Shown: one piece after another, positions 1 to 10,751 of the stretch
Position numbering within the stretch: position 1 is the stretch's first letter
Layout: every line of letters begins with the position of its first letter
Assembly: GCA_008080735.1 (NCBI GenBank)
Contig: SHMW01000021.1
Span: forward strand, 1-54,674
Reading direction: 5' to 3'
DNA length: 54,674 nt
Source of the DNA: Promethearchaeota archaeon
GTDB taxonomy: Archaea; Asgardarchaeota; Lokiarchaeia; Sigyniarchaeales; SOKP01
Position numbers and translations under genes: made by a program
The notes under the pieces: generated by a model
Seen by the model: only the letters and a program-made list of their open reading frames with translations
Database searches by the model: none
Told to the model about the DNA's origin: nothing

Positions 1-1376
1 TAGATTTTGGATTTTAATTCTGATACTCTTTGTTTAATCTTTACAATATCATTTGAAAGATTTATTTTATCCTTAGGTAATGAATTATATATATCTAGGA
101 TGAGTTCATATCGGCCAACTGCTCGCTTTATTTTTCCCAAACCTTCTTCTTTTTCAGCCTTATCTAATAACAATTGCGCTTTCTCGAGTTTCTTTTTTTC
201 ACCTGGAGAAAGTGATCTAATTTGTTCGAGTCTACTTTGTTCTTCTTTTTCTTTTTCCAATTTGACATCTTGGATCCTTTTTTGGAACGCTTCTTGCTGT
301 TTTTTCCTTCTCTCTTCTTCTTCTCGTTGTTTTTTGATATGTCCTAACTTATATTGTTCTAAATTTTTAATTTCATCATATAAATTATCGACTTGAGAAA
401 ACCAACCGAGTTCTCTGAATTTTTTTATTGCTATTCGATATGATTCTTTTGCATTATCAAATTGTTTATTATCAACTTGATTTTTAGCGAGATCTAAGAA
501 CTTTTCAGCTTCTTTTAATAATTTTTCTTCATTTAGTTTCTTTTCTTGCATTTTTTTCCTCGTTTCTAATGCTCTTTGCTTTTTTTCGCTAACAATCTTT
601 TGTCTTTGAGTCATTTTCTGCTCTCTGTTTCTTGCTTCTTCTGCTTGTCTGATTCTTTCTTCAGTTCTTTCTCTAATTTCTTTTCTTCTTTTTTCTTCTG
701 GTGTAAGGGGGCTTGATTCCTCTTTAATAAGGGCTTGCTCATTTATATTTTGTGAAGTCCTCGTAGAGTTTGTGACCCTATATCTGCTTGACGGATATGA
801 TTTAGTTATATGAGTGCTTTTCGTAGGTTTAGAAGCTTTTTTGTATTGCTCAGCATAAACATCAATATTGTCCAATTCCTTTTCCAAAATTTGGATTTGT
901 CGTTCCCAACCCCCTAAATCTTTGAAGATTTCTATAGATTCCTCATAACACCGTTTTGCTGCTATATAATCTCTCTCTTGGATACACTTGTTTCCCCTAT
1001 CCAAAGCGTCTTCAGCGCTTTTTATCAATTCCCTCTCTTTCTGCTTTTCAGGATCAATTGAAGATTCTTTAGAATTTTTTGAATACGTCTTTTGAGCAGG
1101 AGAAGTTGAGCTGGATGTAATTTTCTTTTCATCAATCTGTTGAAATGTCGGTGTGTATTCTGAAGTTGATGATTTTTGATAGTCAATCAAATTTTGCGTT
1201 TGCTGGATTTTTTTTCCAATCATATTCACTTTCCCTTGAAACCCAAGTTTCTGGTTAATGGATTTTGCTTTTTTAAGTAATTCGATGGCATCGGAGTATT
1301 CACCTTGAGATGATTTCATTTTTGCTTCTCGTTCTAAAATATCAGCTTCTTTTTCTAAGTTTGAGTTTGATGACAT
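1..1376 (-). CDS. Partial (3' end outside window) TPR-like/coiled-coil helical repeat protein
   Basis: Not in the ORF track because it runs off the edge. ATG at 1376 gives MSSNSNLEKEADILEREAKMKSSQGEYSDAIELLKKAKSINQKLG…, with repeated TPR-like helix pairs (ALDRGNKCIQERDYIAAKRCYEESIEIFKDLG; AKNQVDNKQFDNAKESYRIAIKKFRELGW) separated by low-complexity and charged linkers. Confidence 0.75.
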   Translation of the reverse strand, partial: MSSNSNLEKEADILEREAKMKSSQGEYSDAIELLKKAKSINQKLGFQGKVNMIGKKIQQTQNLIDYQKSSTSEYTPTFQQIDEKKITSSSTSPAQKTYSKNSKESSIDPEKQKERELIKSAEDALDRGNKCIQERDYIAAKRCYEESIEIFKDLGGWERQIQILEKELDNIDVYAEQYKKASKPTKSTHITKSYPSSRYRVTNSTRTSQNINEQALIKEESSPLTPEEKRRKEIRERTEERIRQAEEARNREQKMTQRQKIVSEKKQRALETRKKMQEKKLNEEKLLKEAEKFLDLAKNQVDNKQFDNAKESYRIAIKKFRELGWFSQVDNLYDEIKNLEQYKLGHIKKQREEEERRKKQQEAFQKRIQDVKLEKEKEEQSRLEQIRSLSPGEKKKLEKAQLLLDKAEKEEGLGKIKRAVGRYELILDIYNSLPKDKINLSNDIVKIKQRVSELKSKI

Positions 1377-1535
1377 ATATAGAAAATAAAAATTGAACTA
1401 TTAAAGAGTTATCAAATCTCAAAGAATATTAGTTTCATTTTTAGAATGCTGTGATAACTTGTTAGAAGCATTGCAAAGAATCAAAAAATTATAAAATTTT
1501 GGAGTATTACCAAACAAAAACTCTAAGAAAAAAAA

Positions 1536-2630
1536 GTGATAATGGAGAAATTAAAAATTGGCATATTAGGTGCAACCGGTATAGTTGGCCAGAATTATAT
1601 TAAATTACTACAAGGACATCCTTGGTTTGAAGTGGTAGATGTTGCCGCATCACCCCGATCGGCGGGAAAACCATATGAAGAAGCTGCAGGACCAAAATGG
1701 CAAATGCCGATTCCAATTCCAGAGAATATAAAAGGACTCATTGTTCGGGATGTTCAAGATTTTGATTCTATTCCAGAAGATTTAAGTTTTGTATTTTCGG
1801 CGATAAATATGCCCACTAAAGATCAAATAAGGGAAGTAGAATTCAAATACGCGAAAAATAATATTCCAGTAGTGAGCAATAATTCAGCACACCGTTGGAC
1901 GCCAGATGTACCTATGATAATCGGAGAAGTTAATAATGAACATTCAGAAGTCATCCCAATCCAACAGAAGAAAAGGGGTTTTTCCAAGGGATTTGTCGCA
2001 GTAAAACCGAATTGCTCTATTCAAAGCTATGTGACTCCCATATATGCTCTTGAAAAAGCGGGATATAAAGTGGATAAAATAATAACCACCACACTCCAAG
2101 CAGTCTCAGGAGCAGGATACCCAGGAGTCCCCTCTCTCGATATGGTTGATAATATTGTTCCGTATATTGGTGGGGAGGAAGAAAAATCAGAAAAAGAACC
2201 TTTGAAAATTTTCGGTAAGGTAGCGGAAGATGGTATTGTAAATGATGACTCTATTGAGATAAGTGCCACGACCACAAGAGTTCCCGTCACTGACGGCCAT
2301 ACAGCAGTTCTCAACGTTAAATTTAAAGATAGCATTCCTGAAATAAATGAAATAATAGATATATGGACGGAATTCAAATCTGTACCCCAAGAATTGGACC
2401 TTCCGTTTGCTCCAAAACAACCAATAATATATCTTTATGGAGATAACAGACCTCAACCGAGAAAAGATAGGGATAACGATAAAGGAATGGCAGTGACCGT
2501 GGGGAGATTGAGGGAAGACAACGTATTTGATATCAAATTCGTTGGGCTGAGCCATAATACCATTAGAGGAGCCGCAGGTGGCGCAATATTAAACGCAGAA
2601 TTATTGAAAACAAAAGGATTCATAAAATAG
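1536..2630 (+). CDS. asd: Aspartate-semialdehyde dehydrogenase
   Basis: GILGATGIVGQ Rossmann motif, KPNCS catalytic Cys, QAVSGAGYPGV, RVPVTDGH, HNTIRGAAGGA. The true start may be ATG 1542. Confidence 0.97.
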   Translation: MIMEKLKIGILGATGIVGQNYIKLLQGHPWFEVVDVAASPRSAGKPYEEAAGPKWQMPIPIPENIKGLIVRDVQDFDSIPEDLSFVFSAINMPTKDQIREVEFKYAKNNIPVVSNNSAHRWTPDVPMIIGEVNNEHSEVIPIQQKKRGFSKGFVAVKPNCSIQSYVTPIYALEKAGYKVDKIITTTLQAVSGAGYPGVPSLDMVDNIVPYIGGEEEKSEKEPLKIFGKVAEDGIVNDDSIEISATTTRVPVTDGHTAVLNVKFKDSIPEINEIIDIWTEFKSVPQELDLPFAPKQPIIYLYGDNRPQPRKDRDNDKGMAVTVGRLREDNVFDIKFVGLSHNTIRGAAGGAILNAELLKTKGFIK

Positions 2631-2649
2631 AAAACTACCTTATTTTTTA

Positions 2650-4227
2650 TTAAAATAAATGTCTATCGATGAAAATTGATAGGAATCTCTTAGCTAATGA
2701 AAAAGTCCCAGTATTTTTGATATATTTTATTTCAGGTTTGGTTGGGTATACATCAAAATAGTAATCTTTTTTAAATTTACCCAAAGTCCTAATTTTAGAG
2801 AGAATATTGAAGGAATTAAATTTTATAATATAATTTTCGATTACTTTCCTTAATAAATGGATGTCAATAGAGATCAAAAGATCTATATATCCAAATTGTT
2901 CCATTAGCTTACTTCGAATTCTTTTTAAGTCCAGATTGCTGAATTCCTTTACTTTTTCGGTAATAGAGATAATATTAGTTAATTTTCTATTCTCTGATTC
3001 CAGTAGAACCGCTTCAGTAAAACCTAATTCTATGGGATTGTCAATATCCTTCAAAGAACGTTCTGAATGGTTATGGAGATCTGTAAAGATAATTATAATT
3101 CTATTCTTCAAGCCATTATTTAGATTAAAGGAAGAAAATAAGAATTCTGGGATTTCCCAATGAGATAATTTCTTTAGGTGATATAAAATACCAAAAATTT
3201 CTAAAAACCAACGTATAAGAGGATTATATGACAATGATTTCGGATATTGATTCCAAAGTCGCTCGTATGATCTAAATCCAAAGAGAATTTTCTGCATAAA
3301 CAACTTCAATTTACCAAAATCGATGGGATATTGCAGTTCAAATATATTTCCCAACAGTTTTATGAGAAGTTTTTGTTGAGTAAGAAAAATTGAATCAATG
3401 TCTAATTGAGAATATAATGATTCTAATATTTCTTGGTTATTCATATTCTCGGGATTAATGTCAAATTCTTCAAGCTTAAGGATTTGTATATCTAAGTGGT
3501 TTTCTGAAGGTTTTTCTTTCATATTTTCCAATTTTACAACAAATGATTGTTCTGGCGCTTTAAGCACTAGTCCAACGTTTAACTTTGGAAGAAGGTTTTT
3601 AATAAAACTGAAAAATTTAGACAGAAAGGGTAGATTGTCTGGGACTCGTAAAATTTCTTCAATAAAATTCATTATATTCGGTTTCGGAAATATAAAAAAT
3701 AACTCATCTCTAATTAACTCTTCAACAATATCTAAAAGATTTGTAAAGGAGTTTTCAAAAGATACTTTTTCGATGTCTTCCAAATGGTTATTTAGAATCC
3801 CTAAGGCTTTCTTATTTACAACGCGCATATGAGAAACTCTAATCTCATATTCATCAAAGATTTCAGTTTGAAGTTCATTAAAAAATTCGGCTCGTTCACT
3901 AATGGGATATTTTTTTAACTTTATAATATCCGTGTCTATCTCTTTAAAGGAAGTATGTACGCCGGGTTCTGGGGTTTTATACAATTTAATGCTCACCAGT
4001 TCCTCTTCAGTTTCAGAAATAATAATATCTGCGATGTTTTGTTGATCGTTGATAAAGTGTGGATAAAAAACACTAAATAGGTATGATAATAAATCAGGTC
4101 GAATTCTTATCGGTGTCAATGGGATTCTAACTTTTGCTAATTCCTGCGTAGAAATCTTTTTTTGGATGATTTTTTCATTATATTCAAGAATTTTTTTCCA
4201 ATTATCGCTTAAGTTCTGATGGATCAT
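2650..4227 (-). CDS. Hypothetical protein (525 aa)
   Basis: Long ORF with host-like composition, 4 bp downstream of the DUF362 gene. No motif recognised. Confidence 0.8.
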   Translation of the reverse strand: MIHQNLSDNWKKILEYNEKIIQKKISTQELAKVRIPLTPIRIRPDLLSYLFSVFYPHFINDQQNIADIIISETEEELVSIKLYKTPEPGVHTSFKEIDTDIIKLKKYPISERAEFFNELQTEIFDEYEIRVSHMRVVNKKALGILNNHLEDIEKVSFENSFTNLLDIVEELIRDELFFIFPKPNIMNFIEEILRVPDNLPFLSKFFSFIKNLLPKLNVGLVLKAPEQSFVVKLENMKEKPSENHLDIQILKLEEFDINPENMNNQEILESLYSQLDIDSIFLTQQKLLIKLLGNIFELQYPIDFGKLKLFMQKILFGFRSYERLWNQYPKSLSYNPLIRWFLEIFGILYHLKKLSHWEIPEFLFSSFNLNNGLKNRIIIIFTDLHNHSERSLKDIDNPIELGFTEAVLLESENRKLTNIISITEKVKEFSNLDLKRIRSKLMEQFGYIDLLISIDIHLLRKVIENYIIKFNSFNILSKIRTLGKFKKDYYFDVYPTKPEIKYIKNTGTFSLAKRFLSIFIDRHLF

Positions 4228-4231
4228 TTTC

Positions 4232-5650
4232 CTACTCTACTCCCTCCCATTTTTTTAAATTTTCTTTTGAGTCTTTAAAGCTTGATTTTTTTATGACTTT
4301 AAAATAATATTGTAAATTTGGCATATTCTTCTTCCCGAAATATTCATAAAGAGCATTGAATGTTTGATCTAAGTTTGGAGGACATCCAGAAATTGATAAG
4401 ATTTTCTTATTCTTAACCGTTTTTTCATTTTTTCGTATTAAAGTCTTTTTCTTAAGTGTGCGAAAATTATAATCCTCTGTGGATTCGATCGCACAGTCAC
4501 CAAATAGAATTATATCATTCTCGGTTGAAAGCTCGGGCGGTTTTAGTCCAACTACTATATTATTATTTCCAATGTATTTTAGATCTTTTATTAAATATGA
4601 TTTTATTATATGTAAAAGGTGATATGCTTTTGAAAAACATCCCGAACACATTTTTCCGCAATGAGTGTGGAGATTTTGAATTTTAATCTTGCTCAAATCT
4701 TTCTCGCACATTTTTATTTCAAATTTATTTTCATCCAGATCCAATCCCACAAGTTCTATATCAGAGAGTAATTTAGGACCAATTTCTCGATTAACTGCCT
4801 CCACGAGTAAAGAGCTTTTAGAAGTTTCAATATTCATCAGCATCAATGTAATTACATCAACTGCAATCGAATCAGTTCCTACAACTAATAGATATGTCTT
4901 TTTTAGGTTCGAATCTTTATATATAAATGGTCCCGCACCTTCTAAAACGTAGAAAAGATCATTAATCGTTAACGTTGGTTTTTTAATGAGATACGTTTCA
5001 AGAATTCTATTTATTTGGTCTTTTAGATATAATTTTTTCTCAATTATCTTGGTTTTTTCTCTTCCAGCACAATCTAAGTTTCTATGATGATAAGGAAGTA
5101 TTGAATATTGGTTTATCAGAGATATTGTGCAAATATTGTTTGGAGCCACATTTACTTGATTAATGTTTATGACTTTATCAGAATCTAATATAATTTTAGG
5201 AATTTCAACAGTCTCATTATCAAATTTAACCTTCTGAAGAGTGTTTTCCTTAATCTTTTTTAATTCCTCAGACTTAACTGAATTAGTACGGTATATATCG
5301 CTATTATCCAAATATATGAATTCTGCCCCCAAATTCCTAAAATATTCTTCTAAATCCATTAAATCATCAAACTTAGCGAGAGTAATACTTCCAGCAGGAA
5401 AAGAACTTACATAAATTTTCTTAGGATTCGCCTGCCCGCATAATTCAATTACTTTTTTGATCAAATCTAAATTTGAGTTAGTAGGAAAACCAAATGGAAG
5501 GCGGAGTGAGATTTTCAAGAATACTATATCTCCCTCTTGAACAAATTCTCTTATACCTCCAAGACTTTCAATACTCTTGGAAAGACATTCTGAAGCAGTA
5601 TCTGCGCGTTCTATTGCCACTCTTGGTTTTGGAATGGTTTCTGAGGTCAT
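4232..5650 (-). CDS. DUF362 family protein with C-terminal Fe-S-type Cys motifs
   Basis: LGGIREFVQEGDIVFLK, IPKIILDSDKVINI, EGAGP, GTDSIAVD are DUF362 hallmarks; C-terminal CSGC, FGDCA, GCPP. Confidence 0.85.
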   Translation of the reverse strand: MTSETIPKPRVAIERADTASECLSKSIESLGGIREFVQEGDIVFLKISLRLPFGFPTNSNLDLIKKVIELCGQANPKKIYVSSFPAGSITLAKFDDLMDLEEYFRNLGAEFIYLDNSDIYRTNSVKSEELKKIKENTLQKVKFDNETVEIPKIILDSDKVININQVNVAPNNICTISLINQYSILPYHHRNLDCAGREKTKIIEKKLYLKDQINRILETYLIKKPTLTINDLFYVLEGAGPFIYKDSNLKKTYLLVVGTDSIAVDVITLMLMNIETSKSSLLVEAVNREIGPKLLSDIELVGLDLDENKFEIKMCEKDLSKIKIQNLHTHCGKMCSGCFSKAYHLLHIIKSYLIKDLKYIGNNNIVVGLKPPELSTENDIILFGDCAIESTEDYNFRTLKKKTLIRKNEKTVKNKKILSISGCPPNLDQTFNALYEYFGKKNMPNLQYYFKVIKKSSFKDSKENLKKWEGVE

Positions 5651-5749
5651 CTTGATTACAATAAGTATAAACTGAATTAAATATTTTAATGGATTGAATT
5701 AATAAAATAATGATAGTAAAGAATTTTAATTTAAGCAATATGAAAGCAA

Positions 5750-6826
5750 TTATTCTAAATAATAATTATTATGTCCTATCTCAACAATATTTGAAAATCG
5801 CTTCAAAATTCTAAACATATATTCTATCTCATTTTGATTTTTATCCTCAGGTATAATAATACTAAATGAATGTTCTTCATTGTTATTGATCTTAATCCAG
5901 TGGAGCTTTTCAAAGAATTGTAGTCGTTTCAAATTAAGATCTACAATCGACTTATTTCCCCTTGAAACCAATGCCATTTTTTCTAGTAAACTCTCAAGTT
6001 CGCTAAAATCATTGAAGCTGATCATAATGTCTTTATCAATGGAGAGTTTTGACCAAGTGTAGAATTTTTGATCGGATAAGATTAATTTAAAATTGATTAA
6101 TTTTTTTAGGTTCTGCTCTGCCAATTTCATCCTTTTTATTCTGTAGGATTTGGGATTAAAAAATAGTTCTGTAGTCTTAACTTCCATTCTAATATATGTT
6201 CCATCTTCAGAGAAGCGGGTTTTGTTTAATTTTGCCCCCATAAATCCGAATAAGAGGGCATTAAACTTAGCATTTTCAAATGTAAAATTTTTGAAATAGC
6301 TAGAAAACTCAAATATGCCTTGGAAGTTTTTCTCTCCATCTTGAGTCTTGATAGTGAATTTGAAATTTCTTGTGATGTTTTTCCGAATGAAATATTTTTG
6401 AATTTTCTGAAACATTTTTTTGAGATCATTCAAATCACGGGGATTAAGATCCTTAAGATAGAATTTTCTTACAGATAATAAAAAAAATGAGATGGATTTT
6501 AAATCCAAGCTGGTATATCTATTCGATTCTAAAAAGATCTCATAAGCGGGAGTAAAGCCTTTAAAAGAAAAATTGTCAAAAAAATCTTTCACATTCTTAT
6601 TAGGATATTTATATAAATCCTCTATTTCATTACCGCTTTCTAAAAATTGGAGCATATTTTCCATTATTGAAGTATAAAATGAGGAAATACTCTTATAACT
6701 GTCATCTCCCGGATCCTCCCTCTGCTTTCTCTGACATATTCTCTCAATCCCCGCTTTTAATTCTGGAGAAATCGAGATTGTTTGTTTCGCGGTCTTTTTT
6801 TCTGATAAATATCTTTTTGGAGTCAT
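5750..6826 (-). CDS. Hypothetical protein with N-terminal ribbon-helix-helix-like segment (tandem paralogue B)
   Basis: KTAKQTISISPELK…YKSISSFY N-terminus is shared with the adjacent gene. Confidence 0.7.
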   Translation of the reverse strand: MTPKRYLSEKKTAKQTISISPELKAGIERICQRKQREDPGDDSYKSISSFYTSIMENMLQFLESGNEIEDLYKYPNKNVKDFFDNFSFKGFTPAYEIFLESNRYTSLDLKSISFFLLSVRKFYLKDLNPRDLNDLKKMFQKIQKYFIRKNITRNFKFTIKTQDGEKNFQGIFEFSSYFKNFTFENAKFNALLFGFMGAKLNKTRFSEDGTYIRMEVKTTELFFNPKSYRIKRMKLAEQNLKKLINFKLILSDQKFYTWSKLSIDKDIMISFNDFSELESLLEKMALVSRGNKSIVDLNLKRLQFFEKLHWIKINNNEEHSFSIIIPEDKNQNEIEYMFRILKRFSNIVEIGHNNYYLE

Positions 6827-6853
6827 GATTAAGATACAAAATCCACTAGATTT

Positions 6854-7933
6854 CTATTCGTGTTTTAAATGGATTTTTCCATTAGTTTCAATGATATTTG
6901 TATACTTAGATAAGATTTTTCTTAATGCCTTAATTTCAGCTTTATTATCTTTCTTATCTAGATTATAACAATACTCATATCTTTTTGTATTGCTTGGTTT
7001 TATCCAGTTTAATTTTTGAAAGAACTTCAAAATGAAGAAAGATATTTTTTCTTCTTGGTCATATATACTCAAATCTTCCTCTATTTTGTTTATCCAATTC
7101 TCTAAAACTTTCACATTATTAAATTTTAAATATGAAGTCTCACTCTCTTCAACTTCCATCCAAAAATAATGATCCATATCATCCATAAGTCTATGATAAT
7201 CTTGGAAATAATTGTAATTCCTTTGGATTAATTCGATTCGTTTTATTCGAGATTTTTTATAAGAGAAAAATAACTCTGTGGTTTGAAACTCTAATTGAGC
7301 GAATAAGTCCTTCTCTGAATAAAATAGATCGACCAATTCGACTCCCAAAAAGCCTAGAAGAATCCCTAAAAGTTTCAGATTTTCATATTGAAGATTTCTA
7401 TATCCCCCAACATGCTCTATTGTGAGTATGATTTCCTCTCTTTTTCGAGATTTCGTAAGATAATAACGCAAGTTTTTAGTAATATTATGATGAATGGATA
7501 ATTCTATGCATTGCTCGAAAATTTCTTCAATATCATTTGGATTGTATAAACTTTTTTCTAAAAAGAGTTCATTCTTAACCATAAATAAAACAGGTATCAG
7601 TTTTCTAAAATTTATCTCCCGATATCGATTCATTTCTAACCATTTTTCATGTAGAGATATTATTCCACTAAAGGATATTAAATCAAACAGAGATTTCTCC
7701 TTTTTACCAAATTGGTTGTTGAAATCATCAATATTTTTTCCATCTTCCAAAAAATCTAACGCATTCTCTAAAATATAGTTATAGAATGCTGAGATACTGT
7801 CATAACGCTCATCTTCGGGATGCATATTATGATTTTTCTGAACATATCGTTCGATCCAATCTTTTAAAGCTGGAGAAATAGATATAGTTTGTTTTGCGGT
7901 TCTTTTTTTATTTTGAAAATAGGATGTGGTCAT
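6854..7933 (-). CDS. Hypothetical protein with N-terminal ribbon-helix-helix-like segment (tandem paralogue A)
   Basis: RTAKQTISISPALK…YDSISAFY. Motifs NRY, NITKN, EN.K, TTELFF, RIKR and KL.WIK are co-linear with 5750-6826. Confidence 0.7.
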   Translation of the reverse strand: MTTSYFQNKKRTAKQTISISPALKDWIERYVQKNHNMHPEDERYDSISAFYNYILENALDFLEDGKNIDDFNNQFGKKEKSLFDLISFSGIISLHEKWLEMNRYREINFRKLIPVLFMVKNELFLEKSLYNPNDIEEIFEQCIELSIHHNITKNLRYYLTKSRKREEIILTIEHVGGYRNLQYENLKLLGILLGFLGVELVDLFYSEKDLFAQLEFQTTELFFSYKKSRIKRIELIQRNYNYFQDYHRLMDDMDHYFWMEVEESETSYLKFNNVKVLENWINKIEEDLSIYDQEEKISFFILKFFQKLNWIKPSNTKRYEYCYNLDKKDNKAEIKALRKILSKYTNIIETNGKIHLKHE

Positions 7934-8230
7934 TGATAGCTGAAATAATTTTATGATTCTTACATTTAAAAATCTATAATATCTTTACATTTTAATTAGA
8001 TTTAAATTTATTCATTCCATAAGAAAATTCAAGATAACATTTTCTTTTAATATTATGGTCTTCATATATCATCGACATCAGACTGGAGAAAGAAAATCTT
8101 TTCAGAGTTATTCAGAAAAACGAAATAATATGGATCTTTAAATATCGAAAATCCTTAGAATTAATGTCCCAAAAGACAAAAAAATGACGAAAAGGGAGAA
8201 GTAGGCGAAGACATTTGTGTCAAACGAGGG

Positions 8231-8263
8231 GGGTGCGGATTTCCGCATCCTTATTTCTTTTTT
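8231..8263 (+). terminator. GC-rich hairpin followed by T-tract (terminator-like)
   Basis: GGGTGCGG-ATTT-CCGCATCC (8231-8250) followed by ttatttcttttttt. No plus-strand CDS lies upstream. Confidence 0.4.
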
Positions 8264-8514
8264 AGCATGTATAAAGGTTAATAAGAACATTTGTGTGCCG
8301 CATTTGGAGATTTCTACTCACTGAATCGACTGATTCTCATAGAAACACTATAAATGGGCACATACTAAATAGTTTGTATATGAAAATAAAATTATTCCTT
8401 ATGTTATATCATTTAAGGTATTATGAAAACGACCTAAAGATATTGATTGATAAGAGAAAAAGAAAAAGAGAAATGAAGAATAGGGAATTAGATGAACAAT
8501 ATGAGTGTAGGCTC

Positions 8515-9153
8515 TTATGTACTATTTGAGTGTTGTTTTAAAAGATCCTCGTTGGTTTTACCCAGTTTTATGGCTAACTCCGCGATAATTGCATCTAAAT
8601 ACATAAATGCAGCGGCCTCGAACTGAGTTCCTTCTGGTGTGAGCGCAGCATGATTAGTATCATCTCGCTCTCGTTTAGTTCGCCCCAAAATCTTGATCGT
8701 GACATCACCCACTCGCCCAATCATTGTTTCTGGATGGCTTGTTATACACACAATGGCATGTGGTTTTATGGTGTTTACATAATTTTTTAAAAGACTTACC
8801 ACGATGCTAGTTGTTCCGGATCCTGATAAAACAATTAAGATATCTTTTTTCCTGATTGCGGGGATGCTCGCAAGGTTCGTGACCATATATACTTCCGCAC
8901 CTAAATGCACCAGCCGTGTAGCAAAACACTGTAGGATAAAAGCACTTCGCCCAGACGCGAGAAGAAAGAACCTTCTGCTATTAATTAAGCCATCATGGAC
9001 AATATTCACGAATTTTTGAGTATATTTGAAATTGAGATCCAAATGTTCCATATTTTCTTTCAAGTTCTTCATGATCAAGTCCATAGCTTGAAAAAGGATC
9101 CTTTTTGTCTTTCCATTCACATTTTGAGGTTCAGATTTAGCCTCATCAGCCAT
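8515..9153 (-). CDS. hxlB: SIS-domain protein, 6-phospho-3-hexuloisomerase (PHI/HxlB) family
   Basis: SGRSAF…FATRLVHLG, LSGSGTT, PEGTQFE and C-terminal HSN match the PHI family. Confidence 0.8.
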   Translation of the reverse strand: MADEAKSEPQNVNGKTKRILFQAMDLIMKNLKENMEHLDLNFKYTQKFVNIVHDGLINSRRFFLLASGRSAFILQCFATRLVHLGAEVYMVTNLASIPAIRKKDILIVLSGSGTTSIVVSLLKNYVNTIKPHAIVCITSHPETMIGRVGDVTIKILGRTKRERDDTNHAALTPEGTQFEAAAFMYLDAIIAELAIKLGKTNEDLLKQHSNST

Positions 9154-9369
9154 TTACAACACATTACATATTTTTTGTTTATATTTATTCTTGTGAGACA
9201 AGTAAAAAATAGATTGTGATCAAATTTAAAGTTTTAAGAGAGAACTAATAAAAAGCGTTATTAATCTGCTGTTTAGGAGGGAAAAGAATATAATAATATC
9301 TCAGAGTGGTTATAATTTTAATAAATGTAAATAATGGATATAAAGGGAAGAATAGTCATTTTCCGGATA

Positions 9370-10257
9370 TTAACTATTATTCAATGGCCATTCAAGCAGA
9401 GATCTTATAAGATTCATGATAGATAAATCACCATCCGTGAGTCTTCCAACAGCAGTCTCTCGTTTGAATAATCTCTTCAATACCTTCCGCAAAATTTTTT
9501 CCTCATCATCATACCTGTTAGACTCTTCGTTATAAAATTGATGAACCTTTTTATGAAGGTCTTCAATCTCCTCAAGTTTTTGTTTTATGAATTCCCTCCC
9601 CTCATAGACTCCCGGACCGCTAAGAAAGATCTTGAGATCTTCCATATTTGAGGTATATTTATATAATTTTTTTATGGAGCTATAAATTATTGCCATATCT
9701 TCTTGAATATCACTCGATGCTCCGAAGAGCATTTTATATTTGGGTTGAATGGCATCCGCGGCAAAAACCCATTCTTGACCCTTTTCAATTAGAGCAATTT
9801 GCTCGCTTGCATGTCCAGGCATCGGAAATACTTCAAATTGGTATGTTTCAGAAATGGATGTGATAGTTTCTGGAAGTTCTTGAGCTTGAACGGATCTACG
9901 TTTTTCTCCCCAGGTAATTTGACGATATTGGGGATAAGTATAATCCTCTTTTAACGGTCCGATCGCTCCCTTTGGGGCATAGATGGGAATATTAAATTCT
10001 TGTTTTAACATAAACGCACCCCCACAGTGGTCTTCGTGCGTGTGAGTTATTGCGCATAATTTAATGCGGGTATCTTTTAGTAAAGAACGGATAAATTTTT
10101 TAAAATCATTCACACCAGCTGGCGGGCCTGCGTCAATTAATATACCATCCACAAAAAAAGTGGAAGTAAAAAAGGGACTTGGAATTAATTTGTGGTCTGA
10201 TGCCCATTTCCATTCTAAGATTTTCCCATTTTCGTATGTTAGAGTTTTAGTTACCAT
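9370..10257 (-). CDS. Metallo-beta-lactamase fold hydrolase
   Basis: THTHEDHCGG (HxHxDH), PGH, ADA. Confidence 0.9.
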   Translation of the reverse strand: MVTKTLTYENGKILEWKWASDHKLIPSPFFTSTFFVDGILIDAGPPAGVNDFKKFIRSLLKDTRIKLCAITHTHEDHCGGAFMLKQEFNIPIYAPKGAIGPLKEDYTYPQYRQITWGEKRRSVQAQELPETITSISETYQFEVFPMPGHASEQIALIEKGQEWVFAADAIQPKYKMLFGASSDIQEDMAIIYSSIKKLYKYTSNMEDLKIFLSGPGVYEGREFIKQKLEEIEDLHKKVHQFYNEESNRYDDEEKILRKVLKRLFKRETAVGRLTDGDLSIMNLIRSLLEWPLNNS

Positions 10258-10332
10258 ATTGAATTGAAAATTATCATATTGAATTATAGTTCTACTTCGG
10301 AATAATAAACAATAATTCTTGGGTTTTTGGAA

Positions 10333-10728
10333 TTATAAATTACTAACTCTAAAATAAAGATCTAATTTTTGTTTAAATTTATCAAAAAAAGAAAGATCAC
10401 CATCCCATCCTTTAATATCTTCGGGATTATACAAGTCTTCAAAAATTTTCTTGAGTATTTTACATATTTTCTCAATTTCTTTATGCTTTGTTTCTTTTGA
10501 AACTTTCAAGACCAAAATTGCAGTATCATTTAGACATTTCGTGCAACTGAATTGAGAATTTCCCGTTTGGAAGGATTTGAGCTCTTTTCCAGAGATAGTA
10601 TTAGCAAAGGTCCGAATCGCCGAGATAGCCGACGACAACAATGACTTATTGATATTAGTATCCCTGCAGAAATCGGCTATAGGGATTCCGTCCTTCGATA
10701 AAATCCATAATGCATCTATTGTTTTCAT
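10333..10728 (-). CDS. Longin/roadblock-like small protein (Asgard type)
   Basis: LWILSKDGIPI…LLSSAISAIRTFA…LKSF and WDGDLSFFDKF follow the pattern of Asgard longin-like proteins. Confidence 0.7.
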   Translation of the reverse strand: MKTIDALWILSKDGIPIADFCRDTNINKSLLSSAISAIRTFANTISGKELKSFQTGNSQFSCTKCLNDTAILVLKVSKETKHKEIEKICKILKKIFEDLYNPEDIKGWDGDLSFFDKFKQKLDLYFRVSNL

Positions 10729-10751
10729 TTGCTTTGATATCTCTTATAATG

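Noticed and set aside
7-396. Plus-strand 129-aa Ser/Phe-rich ORF
   Set aside because: Antisense shadow of the charged minus-strand gene starting at 1376.
8293-8529. Plus-strand 78-aa ORF
   Set aside because: GTG start without RBS, composition resembling translated intergenic DNA, and overlap with the hxlB stop.
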